54,429 nt of DNA. It comes from Phycisphaerae bacterium (GTDB lineage Bacteria; Planctomycetota; Phycisphaerae; FEN-1346). The notes under the pieces were generated by a model that made no database searches, had not been told where the DNA came from, and worked only from the letters and a program-made list of their open reading frames with translations. A program made the position numbers and the translations under genes. Location of the stretch: NCBI GenBank assembly GCA_049678285.1, contig JBAUDW010000018.1, positions 1 to 54,429 on the forward strand, given 5' to 3'. Below are positions 8,346-17,510 of the stretch, piece after piece (position 1 is the stretch's first letter; each line of letters opens with the position of its first letter).

Positions 8346-9596
8346 TCATTCATGGCCCGTACCCTCCCCCCGGCCCCGGCGCGCCCGGTTCCGTTCGACG
8401 GCCGCCCGGTACGCGGGTGTCAGGCACTTCGTGAGTCGCTCGATGGTGCTCCTCACGTCGAAGCCCCCTTTGGTCTTCTTCTTCGCGCCAGCGTGCGGCA
8501 GCGCCGGGCGCACCCGGTGCGGCCTTTCCCGCAGCCCCTTGACCGGGCCGAAGTCGGGGAAATACGTGTTGGCCCGGCCCGTCCGGCCCGGCACCCATCG
8601 AAGAAGCCCCTCCTTCCGCAGGACCGCCAGGCACCGGTCCACCGTGGATACGCTGATCCCGGCGAGTTTGGCAATCTCCTCCCGCGTCGGGCAGGCCGTT
8701 CCGCCCTTGTCTTGAAATGAGCCGATGACTGAAAGGACCGCCCACGCCGTCGGGCCGATCCTGGCAATGACACCCGAGCGCATCAGGGCGTGCGGCAGGG
8801 CCGTGAAGCCCGCTGGCCACTTGGTCGGGTATCGGATCGCCTTCTTCTCGATGGCCGCCGCGAGGACTTGTGGGCTGAGGCGGGCCTTATTGACCCACTC
8901 GCGCAAGTCCTTGATCCCCTCCGGCGGGGCCAGGACGCGGCAAGGCACATCGGCAGCAAGTAGCGCGTCGGCCAGGGTCTCGGCCCCGGCGCGTCCAGCT
9001 TCGTCTTCGTCGTTGTCGGCAAGGACACATGGACAAGCGCTCAAGCATTGCCTCACGAACGCGACCGCATCCGCGACGGCCTCCCGTGCCCCTGGCCGCC
9101 CGATGGCCGCAAACCCGAGCACCAGCGCGGCAGCCGTGTCCGACTCGCCTTCGCAGAGAAGTTGCACGTCCCCCAAGGTTACGCCCTCCGGGATAAAGAG
9201 GCCGTTGCGGCTCCCCGGAAGGCTGTACTTGCCCACCGTCCCGCCGGTTTCCTCCCGCGGCCGAAGGCGAAACCCGACGATCCGGCCGTCGGCGTCGCGC
9301 ATGGGGAATGTGTAGCCATGCCCCACGAAGCCGACGCCGAGTGCCTCAAGACTGGCGCCCGACACGCCCCAGGCGTCCGCTAGCGATTGCAGGGAACGGG
9401 GCCGAAGGTTCGCCCGAAATGCCTTAAACTGCTCCTTGGCGCGAGTTCCCTCTCCCCTAAAGACAAGGCCTAAATCTACGAGGTTCTCTTCAAGGGCGCG
9501 CACGGGTGCGTCGCTGACCGCCTCACCCGTGAGGGCCTCCCTCTGACTCCCATCTACAAGGGCCCTCACGGGTGCGTTGTCCGGCGGCCTAGTCAT
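8346..9596 (-). CDS. Toprim-domain (primase-like) protein with C-terminal winged-HTH; candidate island replication initiator
   Basis: LLCEGESDTAAAL (Toprim E motif) and VLADNDEDEAG (DxD motif). C-terminal HTH: TREEIAKLAGISVSTVDRCLAVLRKEGLL. ATGA overlap with the xis-like gene. Confidence 0.75.
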   Translation of the reverse strand: MTRPPDNAPVRALVDGSQREALTGEAVSDAPVRALEENLVDLGLVFRGEGTRAKEQFKAFRANLRPRSLQSLADAWGVSGASLEALGVGFVGHGYTFPMRDADGRIVGFRLRPREETGGTVGKYSLPGSRNGLFIPEGVTLGDVQLLCEGESDTAAALVLGFAAIGRPGAREAVADAVAFVRQCLSACPCVLADNDEDEAGRAGAETLADALLAADVPCRVLAPPEGIKDLREWVNKARLSPQVLAAAIEKKAIRYPTKWPAGFTALPHALMRSGVIARIGPTAWAVLSVIGSFQDKGGTACPTREEIAKLAGISVSTVDRCLAVLRKEGLLRWVPGRTGRANTYFPDFGPVKGLRERPHRVRPALPHAGAKKKTKGGFDVRSTIERLTKCLTPAYRAAVERNRARRGRGEGTGHE

Positions 9597-9853
9597 GGGG
9601 CTGCTACTCCCTCGCGGGCCGCCGTAGTTGTCGCTTGGCGCTGGCGGTCAATGAACGCTGGCACGGCGGCCGGTTGTGCCGCAAGCCAGGCCCGCAGGTC
9701 GGCCACGCGCACCAACCGGCGACCGCCCACTTTGATGGTGGGCAAGCCGTCCCGCTCGGCCAGGATGTAAACCTGCCTCTCGCTAACGGATAGGGCGGCC
9801 GCGCATTGGCGAATCGAGTAGGCCAGCGGTTCCACGAGGGGTAACTCAGTCAT
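9593..9853 (-). CDS. excisionase/AlpA-family HTH DNA-binding protein
   Basis: 86 aa. YSIRQCAAALSVSERQVYILAERDGLPTIKVGGRRLVRVADLRAWL matches the MerR-like excisionase HTH pattern. Confidence 0.75.
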   Translation of the reverse strand: MTELPLVEPLAYSIRQCAAALSVSERQVYILAERDGLPTIKVGGRRLVRVADLRAWLAAQPAAVPAFIDRQRQATTTAAREGVAAP

Positions 9854-10059
9854 GGCCGGCCCCTTTTCGCCTGGAGTGGAGTTCGCCCTTTGCTGGTACG
9901 GCTTTCCATCAGGGCGAGTTTTTCAAGCATCTTCAAACGCGCGAGTTCCACTTTCAGCTGCCGGATTCGCTCACGCACCGCGTTCAGGTTTGGCGTTCCC
10001 ATCGTGTATCGTACCTCCTACCCGCATGGTACGAGACAGGACGGAGGGCGCGAACGGGC

Positions 10060-10092
10060 GAACAATGGAAGAACAACGGAAGAACAACGGAA
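10060..10092. repeat. three tandem 11-bp iteron-like repeats GAACAA(T/C)GGAA
   Basis: gaacaatggaa gaacaacggaa gaacaacggaa, with a degenerate copy at 10052-10059. Located between the 621-aa gene stop and the xis-like start. Confidence 0.7.
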
Positions 10093-10107
10093 GGACTGCG
10101 CTCAGGG

Positions 10108-11973
10108 CTATTCTGGCAGGAGGGTGAGGAGACGGTATCCGTAGCCCGTGCCCTTGCGACTTTCGATTATTCGTTGAACAGGTTTGGGCATGGCCTTGAT
10201 CGTCTTGTCGGGCCGCTTGCCCAAGTCGCGCCCCTGGACCCACGCCCCCTTCGCCGCGATTAGAACGGACAGGACGCACTTTTGCTCATCAGATAGGTCG
10301 TACCACTTTCCCCCCACGCGCACACGTTGCCTCTTGGTGTCAAGTTTCCAAGGCGATTTAGGCTTGGTAGGCTTCCTCGCTCCGACCTTTTCGTCCCGTT
10401 CCTGCCGCGCGCCCCCCGCCGCCCATGCCTTCGTGATTTGCTGTTGCCGTGCGAGTCTTTCGTCGAGCGTCCGACCCCTTACCGTCGCGCTGGGGACATA
10501 GACGGGTTGCGAGGAGGAAGCGAGACCCAGCCGGACAGCCAGCGCCTGCATCGGGCTTCCCACGTGGTCCATTTTGTCCAGGTGCTTACGGGCCTCCGGT
10601 CCCCACGCGACAAACCAGCCACCTTTTTTCTTGGGCGTCCCGAAGGCCAGGTATTGCTTGAGCAGCCCGGCCAGTTCGCGCGCGGCCTTTCTCCGGGCCG
10701 GACTTTCCCGCCGGTCGGCAGCCATATCTTCGGTGCGGTCCGCGAGAGCCGTGTAGTCGGCGCGCCATTTTTTGTCCGCGCCCGCTCTCCACTGGGCGGG
10801 GATCGAACCGCCTGCTTCGATGAAAACGCCGGGCCAGGTCGTGTCGCGGTATTGCGGCGGTTCAGAGAGCACGGGGTCAGCGGCTTCCATCCGCCGCAGT
10901 TCTTCATGATCGGCAGCAGATGACTTGGGTGGCGTGTCGGCCTCGACCTGCCTGCTGTCGGCGGGTTCCCGTTCCAGGCTGCTTGCCCATTGGCCGAGTT
11001 CGTCGGGGAAGGACACGTTGCCGGGAAGGTGTTTGCCGGTCAGGTCGTGCGCCCAGCACCAATAGCCGCCCAGGTCGCTGCCTCGCCTGTGCTCTGCGGC
11101 GGCCGTGCTGAGCAGGTCGAACACCCCCGCGCAGACGACCCCTTCCGCGCAGCCGTATCGGCGGCGCGCCAGGTCGATGATGTCCAGGTTCTTGACGGCC
11201 AGGAGCAGCGCCTGGCGCGCCGCCTTGCGTTCTTCGTCGGGGACCACCGAGGGATTACGGCCCGGCGAACCGGCCTTCCTGCCCCACTCCCGGAGAGCGG
11301 CAGCGACCGCGCGGAGTTTCTGAGCAGCGTTCGTGGGGGCCGTCGCTCGGATTGCGTCAGCCTGCCGCGCCCGCTTGGCGAACGCCGCGCGCAACCAGCG
11401 TAGCGCGGCTGTTGCTTGGCGTGTGAACTTCGTCGCATCAAGGGAAAGTGTCACAACCGGGCTTGTTGCAATCAGAGTCTTGAAGCGTTCTCGGTTCTCG
11501 ACGGGCAAACCTTCAAGCCCCGGGTATTCGGGAGCCGGCGGCACAGGCCGTTTCGCGCCGACCAGATCATCCCATCCCGCCCACAAGGACCACAGGAAAA
11601 CGGGGCCGCTCTGAAACTCCTCGTCCCAGGCACTATCGGAGCGTAGCTGACCTCGACCATCCTTCGCGGGCTTCTTGGGAAGCCGGGGCTTGGGCAATGC
11701 TTTGGTGATGACGGCCGTAGCATCCGCATCCTTGGCAATGGCGTCCAGAACAGGACGGACCCAATCAACGAGCCAGACATGGACCGCCGCCGCTGCGTTT
11801 CGTTGGTCGTCATGCAAGTTGCTGTTCAAGTACCACGGCGGAGCCTCCTCCGTCGTCAAAAAGTAGCCACTGAGTTCCCCGGCATGAAGCAGTTCGCGTG
11901 CTGGCTTATTGAACTCCGTTGGCCGGTGCGTGATAGCCTCGTTTAAGAGGTCCACGTCGAACAGGTCGAACAT
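10108..11973 (-). CDS. large hypothetical protein (621 aa) with C-terminal winged-helix-like tail
   Basis: Long ORF with protein-like composition and no recognisable catalytic motif. The C-terminus KCVLSVLIAAKGAWVQGRDLGKRPDKTIKAMPKPVQRIIESRKGTGYGYRL looks DNA-binding. Confidence 0.6.
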   Translation of the reverse strand: MFDLFDVDLLNEAITHRPTEFNKPARELLHAGELSGYFLTTEEAPPWYLNSNLHDDQRNAAAAVHVWLVDWVRPVLDAIAKDADATAVITKALPKPRLPKKPAKDGRGQLRSDSAWDEEFQSGPVFLWSLWAGWDDLVGAKRPVPPAPEYPGLEGLPVENRERFKTLIATSPVVTLSLDATKFTRQATAALRWLRAAFAKRARQADAIRATAPTNAAQKLRAVAAALREWGRKAGSPGRNPSVVPDEERKAARQALLLAVKNLDIIDLARRRYGCAEGVVCAGVFDLLSTAAAEHRRGSDLGGYWCWAHDLTGKHLPGNVSFPDELGQWASSLEREPADSRQVEADTPPKSSAADHEELRRMEAADPVLSEPPQYRDTTWPGVFIEAGGSIPAQWRAGADKKWRADYTALADRTEDMAADRRESPARRKAARELAGLLKQYLAFGTPKKKGGWFVAWGPEARKHLDKMDHVGSPMQALAVRLGLASSSQPVYVPSATVRGRTLDERLARQQQITKAWAAGGARQERDEKVGARKPTKPKSPWKLDTKRQRVRVGGKWYDLSDEQKCVLSVLIAAKGAWVQGRDLGKRPDKTIKAMPKPVQRIIESRKGTGYGYRLLTLLPE

Positions 11974-12030
11974 TTTCCGCCTGCCTTTCTACGCCCCGCA
12001 GAGGTCCCGTCCGGGAGCCGCCCGCTTCTC

Positions 12031-12735
12031 TCATTCCACGGCCCGCCGCGCGATGTCACGGACGACCTTGCCATGCCACCGCCCCCCGCGCTTGGGACTG
12101 ACGCCAGCGCGCTCTAGGGCGGCAGCAATGCTGCGGTAGGTGTGGCCCTCACGGCGCAAGGTGACGATCCGGCGGACAGCCGCTTGCTCGTCGGGGTTCT
12201 CGCGTAGGCGCACGCCGCCCGGTTCAAGGTCAAAGCCGAAGGGGATGCCGCCGACGCGCTCGCCGATGGCCCGTTTGTGCTGCAAGGCTGCACTCGTCCT
12301 CTCGGCCACAAGATCGCGCTCGAACTCGGCCAGGACGGCCAGCATCTTGAACACCATCTTGCCCGCGGCGCTGGTAGTGTCAATCTGCTCGCTCAGGCTC
12401 ACAAGGTCTGCTCCGGCGCGTGCGAGTCGGTCGGCGATCTCGATGGTGTCGCGCGTCGAACGCGCCAACCTGCTCAGGGAATAGACCACCAACGCCCGGC
12501 CCTTCCTGCAAGCGGCCGCCAGGGCGCGTTGAAGTTCAACCCGGTTGTCGGCCCGGCTGCCGCTCGCGCCGCCGTTCTCCACGAACACGCCGGCGAGGGC
12601 GTATCCATTCGCCGTGGCCCATGTCTTGATCCGCGCGCGCTGGCTGCTGAGGCTGACCCCGTTCTCCGCCTGTCCCTGCGTGCTGACCCTTACGTACCCG
12701 ACAGCGTTTTTTTCCCGTGTGGTGGACATGGGCAC
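12031..12735 (-). CDS. serine recombinase (resolvase/invertase-type catalytic domain)
   Basis: AVGYVRVSTQGQ (catalytic Ser context), VVYSLSRLARS, KMLAVLAEFERDLVAERT, then GGIPFGF and a short HTH-like tail. Confidence 0.85.
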   Translation of the reverse strand: MPMSTTREKNAVGYVRVSTQGQAENGVSLSSQRARIKTWATANGYALAGVFVENGGASGSRADNRVELQRALAAACRKGRALVVYSLSRLARSTRDTIEIADRLARAGADLVSLSEQIDTTSAAGKMVFKMLAVLAEFERDLVAERTSAALQHKRAIGERVGGIPFGFDLEPGGVRLRENPDEQAAVRRIVTLRREGHTYRSIAAALERAGVSPKRGGRWHGKVVRDIARRAVE

Positions 12736-13347
12736 GCCTCCGAAAAGAAGGACCGCCCGAACGCGCTGCTCGTGGAGATCGCCAAGAGGCGGGCTCCGCG
12801 CGCCGGGCGGCCCAAGGTCCGAAGGTTTTGCTTTGGGAACATGACAACCTCCACGAGCGCTTACATGATAGCACCGATCCCATCAAAGTCAAGCCCGCGT
12901 GGTATGCTGGTATTGGAAGCAAGGATGTGCGGGCGATCGACCTGGCCGATGTGATTTTCTGGAGGGTCCGACGATGGCGCGAGACAAGGAAGGGCAGAAG
13001 CAAGCGGACGCGCAGCCGAAGAAGCATCCGGCTGAGGACTTCTATCGTGCGACAAGGGCCGAAAGGGCTTTGCCATCGGGAAGAGTGCCTCTGAGGACCT
13101 TTACGCCGCCTTTGCCGCCGAGAAGATCACCGCCGGCAAAGCCGCAGCCGTAGCCGATGGTGCAAGCCGTACACGCCGCCCGGCCCGCCACGGCGGGTCT
13201 TCGCTGCGTTCCGACACGGCAGGGGGGAAAAGCAGGATTGTGTGGCCGGAAATCGGAAAACCGAAATCAGTGTGGAGTCCCCCGAATTCTTCAGGGACTT
13301 GACAGAGACTTGCTCATAGATGGGTGTCCCCGGAATTCCCCCGGAAC

Positions 13348-14079
13348 TCACCTAGCAGCACTCGGCACGGTTTCTGGCCAGCTCGATGGTCTGTTGTCTG
13401 GTACCCCAACCATGCCCACCATTGAGGGAATGCCAGTCCCGTCCCTCTTGGGATAAGGGCGCGAGTATGGTGTCAGCAAACGCCGCGCTCGTCGAGTCGC
13501 ACCGCCGGGACCAACGACCATTATGTAACGGTACTTCTTCTGGAGGGGAACCACCCGCAGGTCCCCAACAACCCGAGCGAGTTTGCCTCTGTCACGCGTA
13601 CCGTACAGTTTTCGCACCTTCCAACCTGACATAGGCCTGCCGTCGATCAAGTAGTTGGCTTGGCCTTTCGGGTTTGTCATGCCTGTGTAGGTGGCGTTGG
13701 CTGCTTGGTAGACGGTCCCAACCTCCCCAGACTCTGGGCTCGCATACGCCACGACAAGCAGTGGCCCTCTGATACCTGCCATCGCCTTGTTCGCTCGGGC
13801 GATTAAGTAGCTGGCGGTGCCGCGCGGTACCCAAGCGGCCGTTCCACCACGGCACAGCTGTACGACACCACACTTTGCCTCTCGCGCAACCTGTCCAATC
13901 CAGCTCCGCGTCACGGAGAAGCACGTCGTCCCGTACGAAACGACACCCACAAGCTCCCCGTCAAAACTAAGGCCCCAATGCCACACACCCAAACCGAGAT
14001 CGCCCAAGTGTTCGTGTTGCTCCATGAAATGCTGCGCAGCCTTACGCGACACGCGCGCTAACATGGGGCGGTTTCTCAT
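13348..14079 (-). CDS. Mom-like / GNAT-fold putative DNA (adenine) modification protein
   Basis: 243 aa. AAQHFMEQHEHLG...GELVGVVSYGT...VQLCRG...LLVVAYASPESGEVGTVYQAANATYTGMT...KKYRYI follows the layout I associate with the phage Mu Mom family. Assigned from memory, not from a search. Confidence 0.5.
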   Translation of the reverse strand: MRNRPMLARVSRKAAQHFMEQHEHLGDLGLGVWHWGLSFDGELVGVVSYGTTCFSVTRSWIGQVAREAKCGVVQLCRGGTAAWVPRGTASYLIARANKAMAGIRGPLLVVAYASPESGEVGTVYQAANATYTGMTNPKGQANYLIDGRPMSGWKVRKLYGTRDRGKLARVVGDLRVVPLQKKYRYIMVVGPGGATRRARRLLTPYSRPYPKRDGTGIPSMVGMVGVPDNRPSSWPETVPSAAR

Positions 14080-14188
14080 AGGTCATGCCCGAAGCGCGGT
14101 TACCCGAAGCACATAGCAGCAGACATACCACCGACTTTATGCCGAAATACGTACTTATCCTGCGAGCCCGCGGTTCTCGCCTGCACGG

Positions 14189-15343
14189 TTAGAGAAACTT
14201 GTTGCCAAGACAACGAACCATCCCGAGCACCGCGATTACCTGAAGCCCCTCGGCCAGCATCCGGAGCAACAGGAGATGGGCGGCAGCCCAGGACACAAAA
14301 CATTTGTACCACTCCGCCCATTCCGCGCTGGGAGATGAGGCCTGTCCGACAAAATCCATTCCCTTGAAGGCGCTGCAAGCCGCGAAGAGAACGACCAGAA
14401 GAGGAACCCATACGTACACCCCCAGGGGAGTCGAGACCTCGTACCTTATTGCCATTTCAAGGGGCTTGTCATCTTCTTTCGGAACAAGTGGCCAGAACGA
14501 GAACTCCAGACTGCCGGCGGCGTATTCTGGGTGCCTCTTGACGTTGAAAGGAACTTGCTGACGATTCGAGTTGGCGTCGATGGGTACACGGGGATTGCCA
14601 GCTACACGAATGTCCTGCGGGACGGAGAGCAAGATCTCAAGGCCCGCGTGCTTGTGCTCATCACAGCCCACCTTGTAGTACAGGTCAGCAACGTATGTCC
14701 TTCCCCGCAACACGCGGAACAGCGCCTCCTCGCCACGAATTTTCGCCTTGAGGGGCCTGCCTCGGCCTTGTTCCTCAGAGATTTGGCAACGGCAAAACAC
14801 TGGACGACGCTCGGCGCTGGCCTGGAATGCTTTTGTGCCGTAGAGTTGTTGAACCGTCCCATCCCAAGCATCTTCACCCAAAGTGTAGCCTCCGGCGTTT
14901 GCAAAGATATCAGGACCTTCGATGGCATAGTACCCATCGTCTCGGTTTTGCGGATCACCGTCCGTAAGGCGGGGGAGCTCCTTTTTGTGAAGCGCATTAT
15001 GCAATTCCTTGTTGAAGGCGGCGGAATCGCGGGGGCACACGAAATCCTGAAGCGCAACCGAGAAGAACTGGCGTTCGCCAGCCTGGCGCGAGCTGACCAG
15101 CCTGCCCATTCTCAGCGGGATGAACCTGTACCCTCCTTCCGCGAACCTGTCGATGAAGATGACAGCCACACGGGTTCTACGGCTCATCCGTGGTGCCTTC
15201 TGAGCGAGTTCGTCACTTATGTTGCGCCGCTCACCAGTACATCTGTATCTGTACTCATTAGTAGCGCCGGCCGGCAAGAACATGGTTCCCAGAGCATTCC
15301 GTATGTAAAGCGGCTGGTACGCGGAGTTAAATAAGTACAACAT
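14189..15343 (-). CDS. hypothetical protein, large soluble N-domain plus C-terminal TM helices
   Basis: I prefer ATG 15343, which has GGTGGAGG 7 nt upstream. C-terminal hydrophobic stretches VYVWVPLLVVLFAACSAF and LLLLRMLAEGLQVIAVLGMV. Lies in the lower-GC patch. Confidence 0.6.
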   Translation of the reverse strand: MLYLFNSAYQPLYIRNALGTMFLPAGATNEYRYRCTGERRNISDELAQKAPRMSRRTRVAVIFIDRFAEGGYRFIPLRMGRLVSSRQAGERQFFSVALQDFVCPRDSAAFNKELHNALHKKELPRLTDGDPQNRDDGYYAIEGPDIFANAGGYTLGEDAWDGTVQQLYGTKAFQASAERRPVFCRCQISEEQGRGRPLKAKIRGEEALFRVLRGRTYVADLYYKVGCDEHKHAGLEILLSVPQDIRVAGNPRVPIDANSNRQQVPFNVKRHPEYAAGSLEFSFWPLVPKEDDKPLEMAIRYEVSTPLGVYVWVPLLVVLFAACSAFKGMDFVGQASSPSAEWAEWYKCFVSWAAAHLLLLRMLAEGLQVIAVLGMVRCLGNKFL

Positions 15344-15902
15344 GGCCGGACCTCCACCCCTCACGCTAACCGCTTCGGATTACCACGCATCCTGATTCTC
15401 TCGCCCTGCGATCGGCCGAACTCGGCGTGTCCTGCGCTTGCTGCAATGGATGTGCCCCCCGACGGCGCCAATTCAGCCATCTGGAACTCAAGGCTATGGG
15501 CGGACGGAAGTATAGCCGAGAAAATCGGGCGTTGCAAAGGCATTTTGGCCTTCAACCAGGGCGTGCGGTCATGTGCCGCGCCGCTGGCCGGTTTCCGGCG
15601 CGAACCGCCCTACTGCCTCAGCCTCGGCCAGGGTCGAACGCTTCCGGCTCACATGCCGCGTCCGGCGGCGTAGGCCTCGATGCGCTGGACGCGGTACAAG
15701 CGCACCTCGTGGAAGTGGACCCGTCCGAGATCGTCAATCTGTTCGCGGCGGAGGCCGACGAGGCGCTGCTGGCGGCGGACTGACGCGCGGTGCTAACGGC
15801 GGACACGATAGGCCCGCCCGGTCCTCGCGGATCGGCCGGGCCTTCTTGTGGCCCAAGGGCCGCGCGGTCGGGGGGATTGACCAGCGCGGCCCTTAGTGAA
15901 TC

Positions 15903-15925
15903 GCCCGCCGGAACGTCCGGCGGGC
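15903..15925 (-). terminator. GC-rich hairpin just downstream of the 15929 stop
   Basis: gcccgccgg-aacgt-ccggcgggc, a 9-bp perfect stem. No U-tract follows. Confidence 0.4.
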
Positions 15926-15928
15926 TAT

Positions 15929-16774
15929 CTACTCAGGTGCGGGTTCGCCGTCGTGAGATACCTGCCACTTGCCGAAGAGGCATACCCATTCGGTGCTCTG
16001 TCCCGCGTCACAGACAGGGCACGCCGGTAGCGGCGTGTTCTTGCGATCCGGGCCACGATTCGCGAAAGAGCCGGGCTTGAACTCGCCGCCCTTCGCCTTG
16101 CCCTTCCGTATGCAGTTCAAGCAGATAAACACACCGTCGCCGGGCTTGTCGCCTGTCTTGAAGTATTCGCCGGATTCAGCCATGACGTGCTCCTTTCCGA
16201 TAGGGCCGGGGCCGGTCAGCCCGCTAACCAATTCGTTTCTTAGTCTCACGACCGTAAACTCGCCTTCGTAAAGGACTTCGGCCGTGGGGCCGTCCTGCTC
16301 GTTCATCTGCCAGTACTGCTCCGCGGCTTGCCACCACTTGCCAATCGTATCATGTCTGTATATATCGAGATAGCGTTCGTCAGCGAAGTGGTATCTTCCT
16401 ACGCTCGTTCGGACTTCCAGGACGCGGCATCGTCCCCCTGAAAGTCCAAGCCACCTCCTCAATGCCCCCGTGTTGGCGGGCGGAATCAAGTACAAGCATC
16501 GCAAGCGCGACGGCTTGAGTGGAAATTGTTCAAGCCTCACTATCTCCATAACAAGTTCACGAATCATCCGATTGTTGTTTGCCGCGAAACGCGCCGAAAC
16601 CGCGAGGACACCCCCCTCCGCCGCAATACCGGCAGCGAATGCTCCGGTCCCCAAAATGCCCCGCGACAGCATGTAGCGCCACATTGGCGTCTGAGTGGCT
16701 TGCGTCGAATAGGTTTTCCCCAGCTCGAAGTTGCCCTCATCACACTCGCGTTCGAGGTGCAAAAAGACGCACAT
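15929..16774 (-). CDS. hypothetical protein with C-terminal Zn-ribbon (CLNC...CPVC); possible internal start at 16183
   Basis: I prefer ATG 16774, which has GGAG upstream. The motif EIVRLEQFPLKPSRLRCLYLIPP has unknown function. An in-frame ATG at 16183 is preceded by AAGGAGCACGTC and would give an 84-aa Zn-ribbon protein. Confidence 0.55.
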   Translation of the reverse strand: MCVFLHLERECDEGNFELGKTYSTQATQTPMWRYMLSRGILGTGAFAAGIAAEGGVLAVSARFAANNNRMIRELVMEIVRLEQFPLKPSRLRCLYLIPPANTGALRRWLGLSGGRCRVLEVRTSVGRYHFADERYLDIYRHDTIGKWWQAAEQYWQMNEQDGPTAEVLYEGEFTVVRLRNELVSGLTGPGPIGKEHVMAESGEYFKTGDKPGDGVFICLNCIRKGKAKGGEFKPGSFANRGPDRKNTPLPACPVCDAGQSTEWVCLFGKWQVSHDGEPAPE

Positions 16775-16851
16775 AATCAGGACTCCCAAGTCAGGCCGCC
16801 AGCGGCCGGACCTCGCAAGGTGCCCATCGTCAGCCCCTTTCCCTTGTCGCC

Positions 16852-17415
16852 CTACGGGGCGCTCCAGATTACTTTGCCATCCGGCCTGTACAGCAGCAGG
16901 GACGATTCCGGGTAGGTGATGGTCTTGCCATCAGGCGTTTTACCGCGGGCCGCCCCCAGCGTGGCGCGGCCCATTTCCGCCGCGTCGCACAGTTCCAGCG
17001 CCGGCCCGTCCTTGCCCATGAACAGCCCGACGCGGGCCTTGCCGTTCTCGTCGTACAGGTCCAGCACCGGCCCGCCCTTGAACACGACCAGACGGGCGCG
17101 GACCAAGCCGTTCTCGTCGGACAGTTCCAGCACCGGCCTGTCCTCGTCCACGGCCAGCACGGCGCGGATCTTGGCGTTCTCGTCCTCCAGGATGAACCTG
17201 TTCGCGCGGATTATCTTCGGCCCCGCGCCGACCGCGCCTTGGGCCTCGGCCAGCGGCTCGCTTGCCGCCGACGCCCACACGAGCGCCAGCACCCCCAGGC
17301 CCAACCCCAGCGCGGCAAGCAGCCAACGGCTCCGCCGCTTCACGCGAGTGGACTGCGCCTTGGCCTCTGCCAGTTCCCGCTCCACTTTCTCCAGCCGTTC
17401 ATCGATCGTCATCAC
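16852..17415 (-). CDS. hypothetical repeat protein with TM anchor, paralog of 5867..6325
   Basis: ERLEKVERELAEAKAQ, TM RWLLAALGLGLGVLALVWA, repeats DENAKIRAVLAV / DENGLVRARLVV / DENGKARVGLFM. Ends GKVIWSAP. Confidence 0.65.
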   Translation of the reverse strand: MMTIDERLEKVERELAEAKAQSTRVKRRSRWLLAALGLGLGVLALVWASAASEPLAEAQGAVGAGPKIIRANRFILEDENAKIRAVLAVDEDRPVLELSDENGLVRARLVVFKGGPVLDLYDENGKARVGLFMGKDGPALELCDAAEMGRATLGAARGKTPDGKTITYPESSLLLYRPDGKVIWSAP

Positions 17416-17510
17416 CTGCCCCCTTTCCTGTGGTCAGGTCCGCCTGCCCTTCCGTTTCTCCGCCCGCCCAGGCGGGCGTGTCCGATTCAGGTCCGCCGGT
17501 CTTGGCCGTC

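Noticed and set aside
8189-8353. 54-codon minus-strand ORF (MNEDRKARTLAAMRDYLHGRG...) whose ATG overlaps the Toprim gene stop
   Set aside because: The start overlap is attractive, but the second half is Gly/Arg low-complexity and it is too short to judge. Not called.
15427-15783. 118-aa plus-strand ORF in the gap between the two low-GC unknown genes
   Set aside because: Only the last ~38 codons (GLDALDAVQAHLVEVDPSEIVNLFAAEADEALLAAD) look coding, and the upstream part is not protein-like. It is probably a C-terminal gene relic left by rearrangement, not a live gene.
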